A stretch of DNA of 64,000 bases from assembly GCA_964234715.1 (NCBI GenBank), contig OZ174277.1; one strand, given 5' to 3'. This stretch comes from Podarcis melisellensis. Its lineage: Eukaryota. Below, piece by piece: positions 12,385 through 24,502 of the stretch (position 1 is its first letter; every line of letters starts with the position of its first letter). Made by a program: the position numbers and the translations under genes. The notes beneath the pieces were generated by a model. That model did not search any database. It saw nothing but the letters and a program-made list of their open reading frames with translations, and had not been told where the DNA came from.

Positions 12385-15300
12385 TATTGGCTATTTTGGG
12401 CAGATATGCAAGAACAGGTAGGCTAAAGCTCAACACTTGAATAAGTTTTATTTGTTTTGGAAAGCATAAGGGACATTTGCAGCAGTTTGAGGTTATAGTA
12501 AACTTTGTCTATGGGGATTTATATGCCTAATATACTTTCATATTTAACGTAAATAATAAATATATATAATGTATTCATGACAAGACATAATTTCTTTTAG
12601 GACTTTTGACATTTTTTATTTGAAGCATTTGGGATGACTAACAGTTTGGTTGGTTCCTAATAGACTGTATATTAAAATTTAGATGCACCGGCATATTGAA
12701 TTTCTAGTCCTCAGGCCAGCACAAGTCAGCTGGATGGCCTCCTCATAACTCTATTGCCACATCTGGGATCTGAGCCCTTGTTCCAGATGTTTCTTGTAGG
12801 AGCCATTTCTAACCCATAAGTATATATTTCATTCGAGGGTTATATAAGTGTTCATAATCTAATGGAAAATATATGCAACTAGACATACCATGCTTGGGAC
12901 AACAGTATATATCTGTATTCTTAATGGGGTTTATTGTGCATTGCCTTATGCACTGCTTTCTTTCAGTGATGAAGCAATTTATAAATTCAGGGTGATATCT
13001 AACTCAATCATACTCGGAGTAATCATATCCAGTGAAATCAAAAGATTTAAGTCCATTTCAGTAGGTCAGTTCTGACTATGACAACCATCAGGAATCACAC
13101 ATAATAAGTAGGAAATGCTTTGTGTTCATACCCTCCAGAAGATCTAGGGCACCACAGGTCCTACATCTCTACTCTACTAGCCTCAGATCACATACTAGTT
13201 CTAATCTGAGACATGGTTAATCAAACCTATAGTAAAAACATCTGAGAATATCTAGGAGTTTGATGTATGCAGTCTTTTTCAACTGAAATCTGTAAGTAAT
13301 TTAACCCGCTAAAAAAGGTGCATAGAAAAAAAGACAGAGATATGAATTGAATGGCAGCTGCTGCCTGTTAATAAAGCCAACTTTCAAACTGTATTTTGCA
13401 TGTCTTAACAGAGACCCTCAACATCTTTATAGATTATATTAAATATGCCGTAATATAACCATGGGGGGGGGGGGACGGACACAGTGGGATGCAAATAAGA
13501 AGCAGGCTGGGGGATACACACACACAAACATTAACACAAGGAGAAAACCTAATAATAACAGCAGCGAAAGGATAATAATGCAGTGAAAGGATAATTGCCC
13601 AAAATATTATATACACTGTATTTTGAAGGTTACATAAAATCCTTAATCTTTCAAAGTGGCCCACCTCTCAAATGCTATCTCTTGATGCAGTTTTTCCTAG
13701 AAATGTTAATTTCATATAGGAGATACCAGGCCCTGAAACTGCATCATCATGACTTCTAAAGTATATTCCAATTTTTAAAAATGCACTCAATTCACTCTAT
13801 TATGTTTCTAGCTATCTGTAACTAGCCATATAAAGATACAAGACCAACAGATTCCATTATCTCTAATGAAATTTCAGGGGTGGGGGGCGAGATTTCAATG
13901 TATGAAGGATGAATTGCAGTCATGCACTATAAAGTCCATCCTATTGGTGAGTATGCTTCTGTAACCTTAGAACATTTTTCCAATCCTACATTTCAATGTT
14001 CTGTGTTAACATCTCAAAAATAAACTCTCTGCTCCTTAGATGCAGTCATTTTTAATACAATCATTTTGAAAAGAGATAGCTGATATAAAAAACAAAAACA
14101 GGCCAATGTTCCCTGTAATATTTTTGGGTTGGAGCCAAGCCTATTCATGATTGTAGCAGACCCATTGAAATAGACAAGTCTTGTTAACCACGACTAACTT
14201 AAGTCCCATTGATTTCAATGAGTCTATTCTAAGCATGACCAAGCCTGAATCCATTCCTTTGCTATATATACACTCAAAAAGAGCCAACCAGCTTAGTGAT
14301 GATGCTTTGTTAAAAGTAGCCATGCAATAATCTTAATAATTAAACTAACAGGCCCACCAGAATTGGTGTAAATATACAATTAAAAGGCTGATAAAAGTTC
14401 TCTCTATAAATCTAACAATGCACAACTGTAAGTGAGATTCATTATTTTAAAACTTCTGCTTTATACAAGTTGTACAAAAGAAGGTGCACAGACTGATCCG
14501 GTAGCATTCTGGACTGCACCACACCAAACTGAACTGAAACTACAGTTTTTAAATGTTCCCTCAAATCAAAATCTCTTCAATGTTAGGCAGCAGCTCAGGG
14601 AGAGGGCTACAGTCTCTCTGATATATTAAGGCACTTCCAGACTGCCACTGTTTTGTGGGTATGATTCAATCATACACCAGCAAATTCAGGCTATGCAATT
14701 AAAGTAGGCCGCATACTCTTAAAACAACTTTAAAAATTAACTTTATGCAATAAATAAAATGATAGGGAAATATGGGTTATCAATTACTTGACACATCATA
14801 CAACCTCTTCCAAAACAAATCATAACTCATATCCAATAAAGAACTAATCTTATATAACCATACCACTATCTTTGTGCAAAAAAATTAGGATTGATATATT
14901 TTTTACATTGCAGAGTATTCAAAAAGATTACACCCCACTCCCACGCCTGCAATATGAAGTAGTACAGTTCAAGCTTATATTGTACTTCCTCAGCTATCTA
15001 CTTCATTCTGTCATATGTGGATCATCTCTTGGTAGATATGGCAAGATACTTGTTGCTTTTCATGTGGCCTGTGTTTCTTTTTCTTTATTGTAAAGGAATG
15101 TGAATGGTTCTGATACATAATTGTTAGCTGAGCCTTTGTAGTGTGTGTGGGATATGATTTCAAGTGAAATGAAATTGTTTGCCTTAGAATGTTATTTCCA
15201 GAATGAGTTGTGGAGAGATTTTTCAGGGGTAAGTATTTTTAGAATACTTCACTGTCTGCCTTTACTATTCCAAGCAGATGAGCAAACAACATGCCACATT

Positions 15301-17132
15301 AGACAAATTTATTTAACATCACATATTTCTATTTTAACAGAAAACAGCCATTGCCTAGACTTGAATAAGATTGGGACTATGGAGGCAGAGGCGCCAGACA
15401 ATCAGGAGAGCCCAATGCAACAACACAAGACTTCCTCTGAACATTGAAGGGCTCCAACACCCTAAAAAAAATAATTGGAGGCTGAAATTGTCTTGGCTCC
15501 TAGTAGTCAGAGCTTATGCATGGAGGGAAGGGAGATTTTAATGCTTTTGCACCTGCTATGGTCAAATAAAATTCCCTCTCCATCCACCACCCAAACATCT
15601 GCTGTCTGCATTAGTAGAGAAATTTCCATTGACACTAATTGATGCTTCTCTCACAACGCAAACAGAATTTTAGAGATTTCTGCCCAGACCTCAGCATATA
15701 CCGGTAAGTGAAGGGTTGGTTAAAATTGTGGATTCACCATGGTTGTTTCATATTCTTGATCTAGAAGTTAGTGTATAGCTCCAAAATCATAGAAAACTTT
15801 ATTTCATTTATATGACACAGCAAGCATTGCTGTAAATAAGGGGCCATCAAGCTTTAGGGACCAATGGGCATGTTTGGAATTTTGAAAAAAGGGTTGTGCA
15901 TACCTGTTACAAAATGACTGTCATGGGGATGAGATATACCACAAAATGGTTGCCACATTTCAAAGACAAGGAAAACACAAGGCCACAAAATAGTGCAGGC
16001 ATACTTCCTCATGGCTGCCTTGTCAATGGAGAAAATAACATACAGCAGTTCCTTACACCTTCCCTCTGTTCAGAATACATGCGAAGGTGGGTGTCCTATC
16101 TGGGAACGCAATGAAATGTGGGCATATTTAAGGGGCTGCATTCAATGAAGGAGATGCTGAGCTAGACAGTCTTTTTGTACACTCAGATTTTTTTTTACGG
16201 GAAATTTACTGAGATTTTTGCAGGCACCATAGGAGCTACTAGCAATCACAGCTGCATGTTGGCGACCTCTGTTGCAAGTCTACACAATTAAAGTAGTACA
16301 TTATTGAATTGGAAATGTGGAACTCTAGGCCATCTAGACAAGACACCAATTTTCTAGTCACAATTAGCATTTTTACAAGTCAAAATGATTATTCAATGAT
16401 AACATCCCCAAGCTTTTCAATCAATTAATCAGGCTCCCTCACATATTGTGAAATTGTATCATGTAATCATTATTATTACTTGCTGATGAGCAGAATTGTG
16501 CATGCTCTTGCACTCCTTTTTGCCACATCCTGTAATGTGTGGCTTGGCCATCAGATCATGTACCACCTGAATTTGGAGCAACCCCCTATCCGTATATTTT
16601 TCATCTAATGCCATAATGATAGTACAAAAGACCTGTTTGAGGAGGGATGAGTATTGTTCTCTTCCTTCAGCCTGAGACAATAAGGTTCCCTTTTATTTCG
16701 TATCATACACACCCTTTTACCTAGCCATGCCTCAAAATCAGACCATTATGTAAATATAGCTTGCTATAATCTTCCAGGGTTTTGAACAGTTTTGAAGTTA
16801 TCTGTCAAGGCCAGGTGTCTTATCTCTTTTCTGCTGATTTATATCCTTGCCTATTTCAGTTCAAATAATTATTTCTCAAAGGCGAAGTTCCAAATCATCA
16901 ATGCTGTCATAGATACTATATTCAATTCAGTTTCTGAGAATGCAGAAAAAGCCAGTGAAATTACTGCTATGCAGCACTCCTTTTCAAGATTCTGCCCATC
17001 AATTAAGACTGTACTATCCTAAATATTAAACTACGTTTGCATAAGAGCTGAAGTAGAAACTGACACTTCTCAAATCAAACATCTGTGCTAATTGTGCTAT
17101 CCTGCAATCTGTGCTATCCTGGCCTGGTAGTG

Positions 17133-17301
17133 CATAAGTACATAATAAGAGCCCTGCAGGATCAGTCCAAAGGCCAATATAGTCCAGCATCCTGTTCTCA
17201 CAGTGGCCATCCAGATCTCTATGGGAAGCCTGTAAGGAAGGCATGGACACATTAGCACTCTCCCTATTTGTGATTCCCTGCAGCTTGCATTCAGAGGCAT
17301 A
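17133..17301 (-). mobile_element. CR1 LINE 3' end
   Basis: CATAAG tail plus GGATCAGTCCAAAGGCCAATATAGTCCAGCATCCTGTTCTCACAGTGGCCA, the typical reversed squamate CR1 3'UTR; cut by the adjacent MITE. Confidence 0.75.
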
Positions 17302-17527
17302 CAGTGGTGCCTCGGGTTACATACGCTTCAGGTTACAGACTCCGCTAACCCAGAATTAGTACCTCAGGATAAGAACTTTGCTTCAGGATGAGAACAGAAA
17401 TCGTGCTGCAGTGGCACAGCGGCAGCGGAAGGTCCCATTAGCTAAAGTGATGCTTCAGGTTAAGAACAGTTTCACGTTAAGAACGGACCTTCGGAACAAA
17501 TTAAGTACATAGCCAGAGGTACCACTG
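17302..17527. mobile_element. Tc1/mariner (pogo/Tigger-like) MITE
   Basis: TIRs CAGTGGTGCCTC ... GAGGTACCACTG, flanked by TA on both sides. Confidence 0.9.
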
Positions 17528-19142
17528 TACTGTCGTAATTCTTTCTATCCCCTGCCAGCATGGCATGTACTTCTCCAACTTCTGGGGGGCCACAGGCTCA
17601 CTATCCCTGCCTCATCTGCCCTTTTCCTTAGTTTCCACTGTGTCATGTGGCATATTCATGATAACAAATGCACTTCTTCATAATGATAATCATAGGGTTG
17701 CCACATGATTAGGGTGATGGAGTAGTAGAACACATGCTTGGTGAAATACAACAGTAATCTTTGGGGGCAAAGTAATAAATGACTGGCATTTCCCTGTAGG
17801 GTTTGTAGTTGTTTTTCAATCAGCACTTAGTATTGTACTGATTATTTTAGCTATTTCTTTTTAAAAGGTCACCTTTCAAAATAAATCTTACAGTCTTCTT
17901 CACAAGACACTGTGAGCCATATGACACATTTTAAAGAAATCTGAAAGGGAAGATTCCAAATGGACTTGTCAGAGCCGCTAGGACAGCTGCAAAGCAGGGC
18001 TTTTGCACAGCCTGCGTACTGCATGGTCTCTAGCACCTAAGTATGTAAGGGCTTTGCCAGAACTCAGCAAGGCTGTCTTAGAGCGGCAGAGCACACTTGC
18101 AGTTCATGCCCGAAACTAGTCAAAGAACTGAAACTATAATGTTATTTGGTATGTGTTGGGGATGCATAATTTCTATTCTTGGTAAAAACAAATATCCACC
18201 AGCAAAATAATGAAAATAGGAAATCCTAGGAGACATCCAGATGCTATAATTTTGTAAATAAGAGCCCATGGCTGGGGAAGCAATTCATGGTTATCAACAT
18301 TAGTACTTTGAAACAGCTGGATTTGGGAGGATATTCTAGAAACCACACTGATTTTGTAACAGTTCAGCCACAAAAAAGTTAATACAGTATGAGGTTAGCC
18401 ATAATTGCAAATGTTGTGCTATAGATTATTTTAAAACCACTATATGTATGCAAAAACTAAAAGGTTTAAATCCACTTAATTTATCCCAAACCAAAACCAT
18501 TGGGTTTTTTTTCCACCAAAGAGCCAAATTCTTCTATTCTGCATGCTTTTTTTTGGCCAAACTTTCCCCTCCTTTTTAAGAAATGGAAAATACACTCAAA
18601 CTACTGCATAAATTACAAACTAGTTGTTTAGCTTTAATACTAATGTGAGACATAAATCTTTGTAAGCAAGTGGATTCTACATTAAGGATTTCTTCACGTA
18701 ATTCAGTTGCATTTCAGAAAATTTTCATAAGAGACTTAATTTGCCACTGAAGTATGACCAATCGTAATTAGCAGTAACACAGATGTTCTAATACCCCCAG
18801 TTATCAAAATTCCTTGTGTGTTTTCTAGGCAGTTTCAAAGCAAGATATGATTACCAATAATGAATTGTGTTTTATATTTCTTTAAAGAATTATTTGAATG
18901 AAAAAGACCACTAGTAATCTAAAGGCTGAGAATCAGTAACACAAGGGCAAATGGCATGCCTGGCTACCAAACTACTTATTACACACACCATGTCACAGTT
19001 GCCCAGTCAGGGTGAAAGGAAGTGGCAATGCAGTTGGGGTGGAGTTGCAAAACACTTTTCCTATCAAACCTTCCCTGCTCTAAAATCTCCTCTCCCACCA
19101 CAGTTTTCTCCAGTGGAGTTTGTAATGCATGTTGACTACATT

Positions 19143-19261
19143 CAGTGCTTTTTTAAAAGAAAAAGGTGCCAGCACTCACCTTGTTGCTACAGTAAGTGTC
19201 ACACTTTGAACCTTTGGGTGTCTGTACTGCGTACCCTTGAATACCTCAGAAAAAAGCACTG
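19143..19261. mobile_element. hAT MITE
   Basis: TIRs CAGTGCTTTTTT ... AAAAAAGCACTG; 8-bp TSD ACTACATT / ACTATATT. Confidence 0.85.
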
Positions 19262-20199
19262 ACTATATTTAAAGTCATGAGAGTGGGGGGGGGGGGGCAC
19301 TGGAAGGCAGATATAGAGCGGATGGGAAGGAAAGCATCCAGCCTGGAAAGTGCTGGATGTCCTACTTTAGCATAAGCTGTGTGCATAGAAATAAATGCAT
19401 CAGCAAAATAGAAACGACTAACTTTGCTGATGTTTCCAGCTATGCAATGAATAAGGACAGTGTTTTCAGAGCACTGATTGAAAATAAATTACTTTAACGG
19501 ACATTGGTTTTTAGAAAATAGACTGATGGAATGGTTTCTCCAGAAGATAGCACAATGCCACACATAATTTATTTACACATCTGGTACAAAAGATATTTAC
19601 ATGTTATTTGCTATGGTACCTGCTATTAATGGGCTATTCTGCCCAAACACAGTCAAGCATTAATCACTAGTTTTTCCTTTGCAAGTCAGCTCATCATTCA
19701 TGTTGGACTATCCTTTCTCACTAGGAATCCCACACTCTCCCTTCAAGCTCTATGAAATCTCCACCCAGTTTTCATTAAATAAGAAGTAATACCACTTTAT
19801 ACAACTACAGCACCTTCTGCCTCAAGGTAATTTCCAAAATAGTCTCAACTAGTCTAACAACTCTTTGACTTCAACATCTAGTCTAACAGCGCTGTGACAT
19901 TACCATTTATTTAAATCTGTGAAATAGATTCATGAAGACCCCAGTAGGCTATATTTGCAACCAAATCTAGAATAATGAGCCAATGCATGTTGTTGGGTTA
20001 ACTAGGCCCAACCTTATTTATTTAACTGCACTACAGCATCCCTAAGACTGTGCAAATACTAATGCAGATTTTAACTGTGATACCTGGATTTGGCCAGAAA
20101 ACCACCCTAAAACGGCAATAGTTTGGAAGTGACCTGAATTATTTGAGAGATTAACAGGCACATCCCTTAGGGGTTGGGGCTGTTTGGCAGCTAAAATCA

Positions 20200-20210
20200 A
20201 GATGATGATG

Positions 20211-20252
<42 letters not shown>

Positions 20253-20718
20253 TTTATTTATATCCCACCCTCCCCAGCCGAAGCCAGGCTCAGGGCGGCT
20301 AACAACAATCAAATAATCAAACAGTCAAATAATCACACATTCTAAAAATATTTCATTATAAAAATTAATTAAAATCAAATTGATGGCAACCGATTAAGCA
20401 AAATTCTGTGCAGGTTGCCAGAGGAGGGAGTCAGGCTGCGCCCTGAACAAAGGCCTGGTGGAACAACTCTGTCTTGCAGGCCCTGCGGAAAGATGTCAGG
20501 TCCCGCAGGGCCCTAGTCTCTTGTGACAGAGCGTTCCACCAGATTGGAGCCGCAGCCGAGAAGGCCCTGGCTCTAGTTGAGGCCAGCCTAACCTCTCTGA
20601 GGCCTGGAACCTTGAGGATGTTATTATTTGCAGACCGTAGGTTTCTCTGTGGGGCATACCAGGAGAGGCGGTCCCGTAGGTACGAGGGTCCTAGGCCGTA
20701 TAGGGCTTTAAAGGTTAT
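20200..20718 (-). mobile_element. L2 LINE, 5'-truncated, relatively young
   Basis: ORF 20431-20895 encodes the L2 ORF2 C-terminus ITFKALYGLGPSYLRDRL..RAFSAAAPIWWNAL..SFRRACKTELF; (AAT)n tail at ~20210-20250. Confidence 0.92.
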
Positions 20719-21570
20719 GAGATTCTGGAAATGCTGGGGCCAATTTCCCATCCTTGAAAAATGCCACTTGGTTTCCCATATGGGTAAGAAGTCCAGCAGC
20801 ATCTTTAAGTGGCCAGCACCTTCTGTGTGAGCCACTTTCTTGCTCAAGCAGTGGAAACAATAGTTTCTCATAGACAACCTCTCTTTGAGATGCATGGGGA
20901 GGGATGGAGAGCAAAGGTAAAAGGTTGTGTGGGAACAATCCTCATTTCAGACAGGGATGTAAAAAGGGGGTGAGCATCCTGTAGATCACAATATATGTCT
21001 GGTAGACCGTGCTGAACTTGCTTAGTCGCTGGATTTGCAGTCTTACAGACAGTGATGCTACCAAGGATAATAACCAGGAATGAAATTCTGACTTAGAGTA
21101 ATCAATTTTTTAAAGCTATCAGAGTGCCCACCGTCCTTCTCTTGATAATATACATGTTCCTTTCCCAGGATGTCATTCAGTAAGAAATTAGATACCATTC
21201 TGAGGACAATGTATGTTCTGCAGCTCTGAAAAGAAAGATATTTCTGAATTTTAAAAGGCATGCATCTTCAATAAAACTTAAATATTTCTTGTTATCTCTC
21301 AATTTCTAAGATTCTAGCAAGTAATAAGATTTTGCTACACAGTAACTCTCATGTCTGATGTTTGAAAAATGCTTATTCTTCCTTCTGCTAAATTTCATTT
21401 TTTCCAAGGGGAAAAAAGTGTGTGTGTGCGCGCACACGCACATATACTACTTCTTATCTCAGGCCAGCAGCAAAAAACCAGCATTGATTGTTATGCATCC
21501 AGAAGCGTGCAATATATAGCTGGCATGTTGCATTCATACTGACAAGTCACACCTTCCACTTTGTATCACA

Positions 21571-21808
21571 GTGCAGTATAGTGGTTAAAGTGTTGGACTA
21601 GGGCCTGCAAGACCAGCATTCAAATCCTCACTCTGCCATAAAGCTCACTAGATAATATTTGGTTTGTCATTGCTGCTCAGACTAGTCTACACATCACAGG
21701 GCTCTTGTGGAGATAAAATGGGGAGGGAGAGAACTATGTATTCTCTCTTAAGATCCTTGGAGGATAGAAATGTAAAAAGGTGGGATAGAAATGTAAAATA
21801 AGTAAATT
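21571..21808 (+). mobile_element. tRNA-derived MIR-like SINE (Squam3-type)
   Basis: Box A-like AGTATAGTGGTTAAAGTGTTGGAC, box B-like ATTCAAATCC, core CACAGGG..GTGGAGATAAAATGGGG, L2-like tail. Confidence 0.75.
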
Positions 21809-21816
21809 TGTGTGCC

Positions 21817-21909
21817 TGTGGCCAGAGAGGCTGGGGAAGCCCAGCTGGGTGGGTGGGGTATAAATAAATTATTATTATTATTATTATTATTACTATTATT
21901 ATTACTATT
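21817..21909 (+). mobile_element. L2 3' tail with (TTA)n microsatellite
   Basis: CCAGAGAGGCTGGGGAAGCCCAGC..GGGTGGGGTATAAATAAAT, the same end as the 24184-24502 copy. Confidence 0.7.
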
Positions 21910-22482
21910 ACAAAGACCCACTATGCTGCATAGTCCCCCAAATGTGGAATGCAGCAATTTTGAAGCGGCCACTGAGGCACAGAAGAGGGTGTAAGAGGCA
22001 GCAGAAAACAAGATGGGGACCATGAAGAATCAAGAAGCACAGCTTCAGTAAATTTAGGTAAGAGGTATGAGGAAGAGCGGGGGAATCAGTGATGGGGATG
22101 CCACACATGACCCATGCCATCGGTTGCTCCATTGACTTGACTGCAAACAAAAACCCTCTTAAGTTTTTCCAGTCAAAAACTACTGGTGGAGGGGTGCTGC
22201 TGTGTAGTATGCAATAGGAAAAGATAGATTTGGCTCATAATTTTAACATTTTCTGAAATATCATCAAGCAATAAGTTAGCAGGAGTAACTGCTATAAAAT
22301 CCATTTTCCACTTGAAGTGGAGAAAATACATCTGATGTACTTGGAAGGACTTTGCCCTTAAGTATGAAGAAGCTAAATCATAAAGAAAGCGAATGCTGCT
22401 TCACTGTGCACAAGATGTCCTTTGCCCAACCTTGTCCCCTATGTGAAAGGAAACTTTAATGAAAACGAAAATTATGGCTTAC

Positions 22483-22540
22483 CAATCCCCTTCATGGGGG
22501 CAAGCCAACGTACCAGAATACCTGCCAACAATTCCACAGG
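22483..22540 (-). other. Candidate 58-nt exon, with a possible partner exon ending at 22634
   Basis: Acceptor TTATTTTGTTTGCTTTTCAG, donor TTG|GTAAGC; an upstream donor CAG|GTAGGA at 22633 would define a 93-nt intron. Confidence 0.3.
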
Positions 22541-24183
22541 CTGAAAAGCAAACAAAATAAATGAGGGTAGAATTTGTGAAGATCATAAGCCGTTGAAAGA
22601 ATCAGTGAAGCAAGAAAGATTTATGATTCCTACCTGAGATGAATACTCCTGAATGCTTTCTTGTAGCTTTTTTCTTTTGGAGGGAAGGGGGTACATATTC
22701 CTGAACTGTGACAACAGCGGATTCATTACACCTTCAACCTAATCTGGAATATTATATTTTCTGTAAACTCTGTTTTGAAGCATCTTTGCATGGAATACAG
22801 ACAGTCCTATGACTCACATCCAGCCTCTTGCTGTAAAGGCTACAAAGCTGTTATTGGCGATGATGGCAAATTGACATAAATGAAGCATCTGAACGACTTG
22901 TGAAAAGCAAGCCACAAAGTCATTTGAAAATTCCAACTCCAAATGCCTTCAAAAGGCCAGTTTATTCAATCAGCAGAATCAAGTGTTAAAGCAGCTGGAA
23001 GAGGAGAGGTGTATAGGCCAGAGAAAGAAGAGTGAGTGGAAGGGTGTCCCATTTGTCATCCTTTTGATCCCTGAGAAACTCACCAAACTAAACCTACTGC
23101 AACCTTGACCTAGGTATGTGCAGTCCAACTGACTGAGTGCTTTTGGGTACAATGGTGTGAGAAGGCTGAGGAAGCTCCATAAAAGCATGCCTCAAGTGAG
23201 AGACTAGGGTGGTATCAGCAGGTTCTAGGTTCTCTATATTGTGAGGTTCCGAAGGTGTTACAGGAGACCAATTACTAGAAAATATTTGAACTGACTATTT
23301 AATAACATATAAAAATGTTTAACACATTATCTCATATAATCGTAAGGGAAGTTTCCACAAAATTCAGTTCAGATGGTAATTAACGCCAATAAATCTAGGG
23401 AGAATTTATAACTTTTTGAGGGACAGGTACTGGCGGTGCCACACTTTTGGAGCAGGTATGTTATATATATTTTGATCTTGCTGCCAAGTACAACCATTCT
23501 GATAAGAAATACTTGCTCAGACTAAAGCTATAACCAGCCACATACCCACCCTAAATACTCAAAAGTATCTTCCTTGGTTATTTTAAAGCAATTGTTCACA
23601 AAGGAAATCAGTAAGTTGCAGCATCCATGTTAAGAGCAGCAAATAGCAGTAAACACAGTATCTTCTAAAACTGTATTGAATTTACAATGGTATGGGCAAT
23701 TTTGGAAGACCTTTTTTTATGAAGATCACTTATTAAGAAAAGAGTTAAAGATGTGCACCTACTAAATGTACTGAGGAAAAGTTTATTTATAAATCATCTT
23801 TTCATAATCTCCCCCCTCCTTTTTTGTGTTCTGTTACTGTAATTTTGTTCTTCGTTGCTAAATTTGGTTTCGTCAGGACTGAAGTATTTGATATAAATAT
23901 ATGTGGCATGTTTTATGTTTTTAGGGGTAATTAGCTTCATCTTCCTGAACGCTGAAAAACAGTTCACTGAGTGCTAGATTGCAACTTTCACAGAAAAAGT
24001 TACTACAATAGCACTCAGAATTAACCAAAAGAAAACAAAATAAAAACATCCTTTATAACACCTTTGCCATGGGAATGACAATGATATTGTAAAGAAGACT
24101 GATTTGTCTAAGAAGAGTCTAAGGGTCCAGCAGGTAGCCATGTTTAAGGGCTTATGAAGACAGATGTGGTATAAAAGAAGTTC

Positions 24184-24502
24184 CTGTGGACCAGCACCGA
24201 GGGCCTTCTGGCAATTTCCTCACTGAGAGAAGTGAGGTTACAGGGAACCAGGCAGAGGGCCTTCTCGGTAGTGGCGCCCGCCCTGTGGAACGCCCTCCCA
24301 TCAGATGTCAAAGAGGTAAACAACTATCTGTCTTTTAGAAGACATCTGAAGGCAGCCCTGTTTAGGGAAGTATTTAATGTTTTAATGTTCTCGTGTTTTT
24401 AATATTCTGTTGGGAGCCACCCAGAGTGGCTGGGGAGGCCCGGCAAGGTGGGTGGGGTATAAGGAATAAGTTGCTGTTGTTGTTGTTGTTTCTGTTGTTG
24501 TT
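24184..24502 (+). mobile_element. L2 LINE 3' fragment
   Basis: Encodes RQRAFSVVAPALWNALPSDVK..FRRHLKAALFREVF, followed by the 3'UTR and a (GTT)n tail. Confidence 0.9.
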
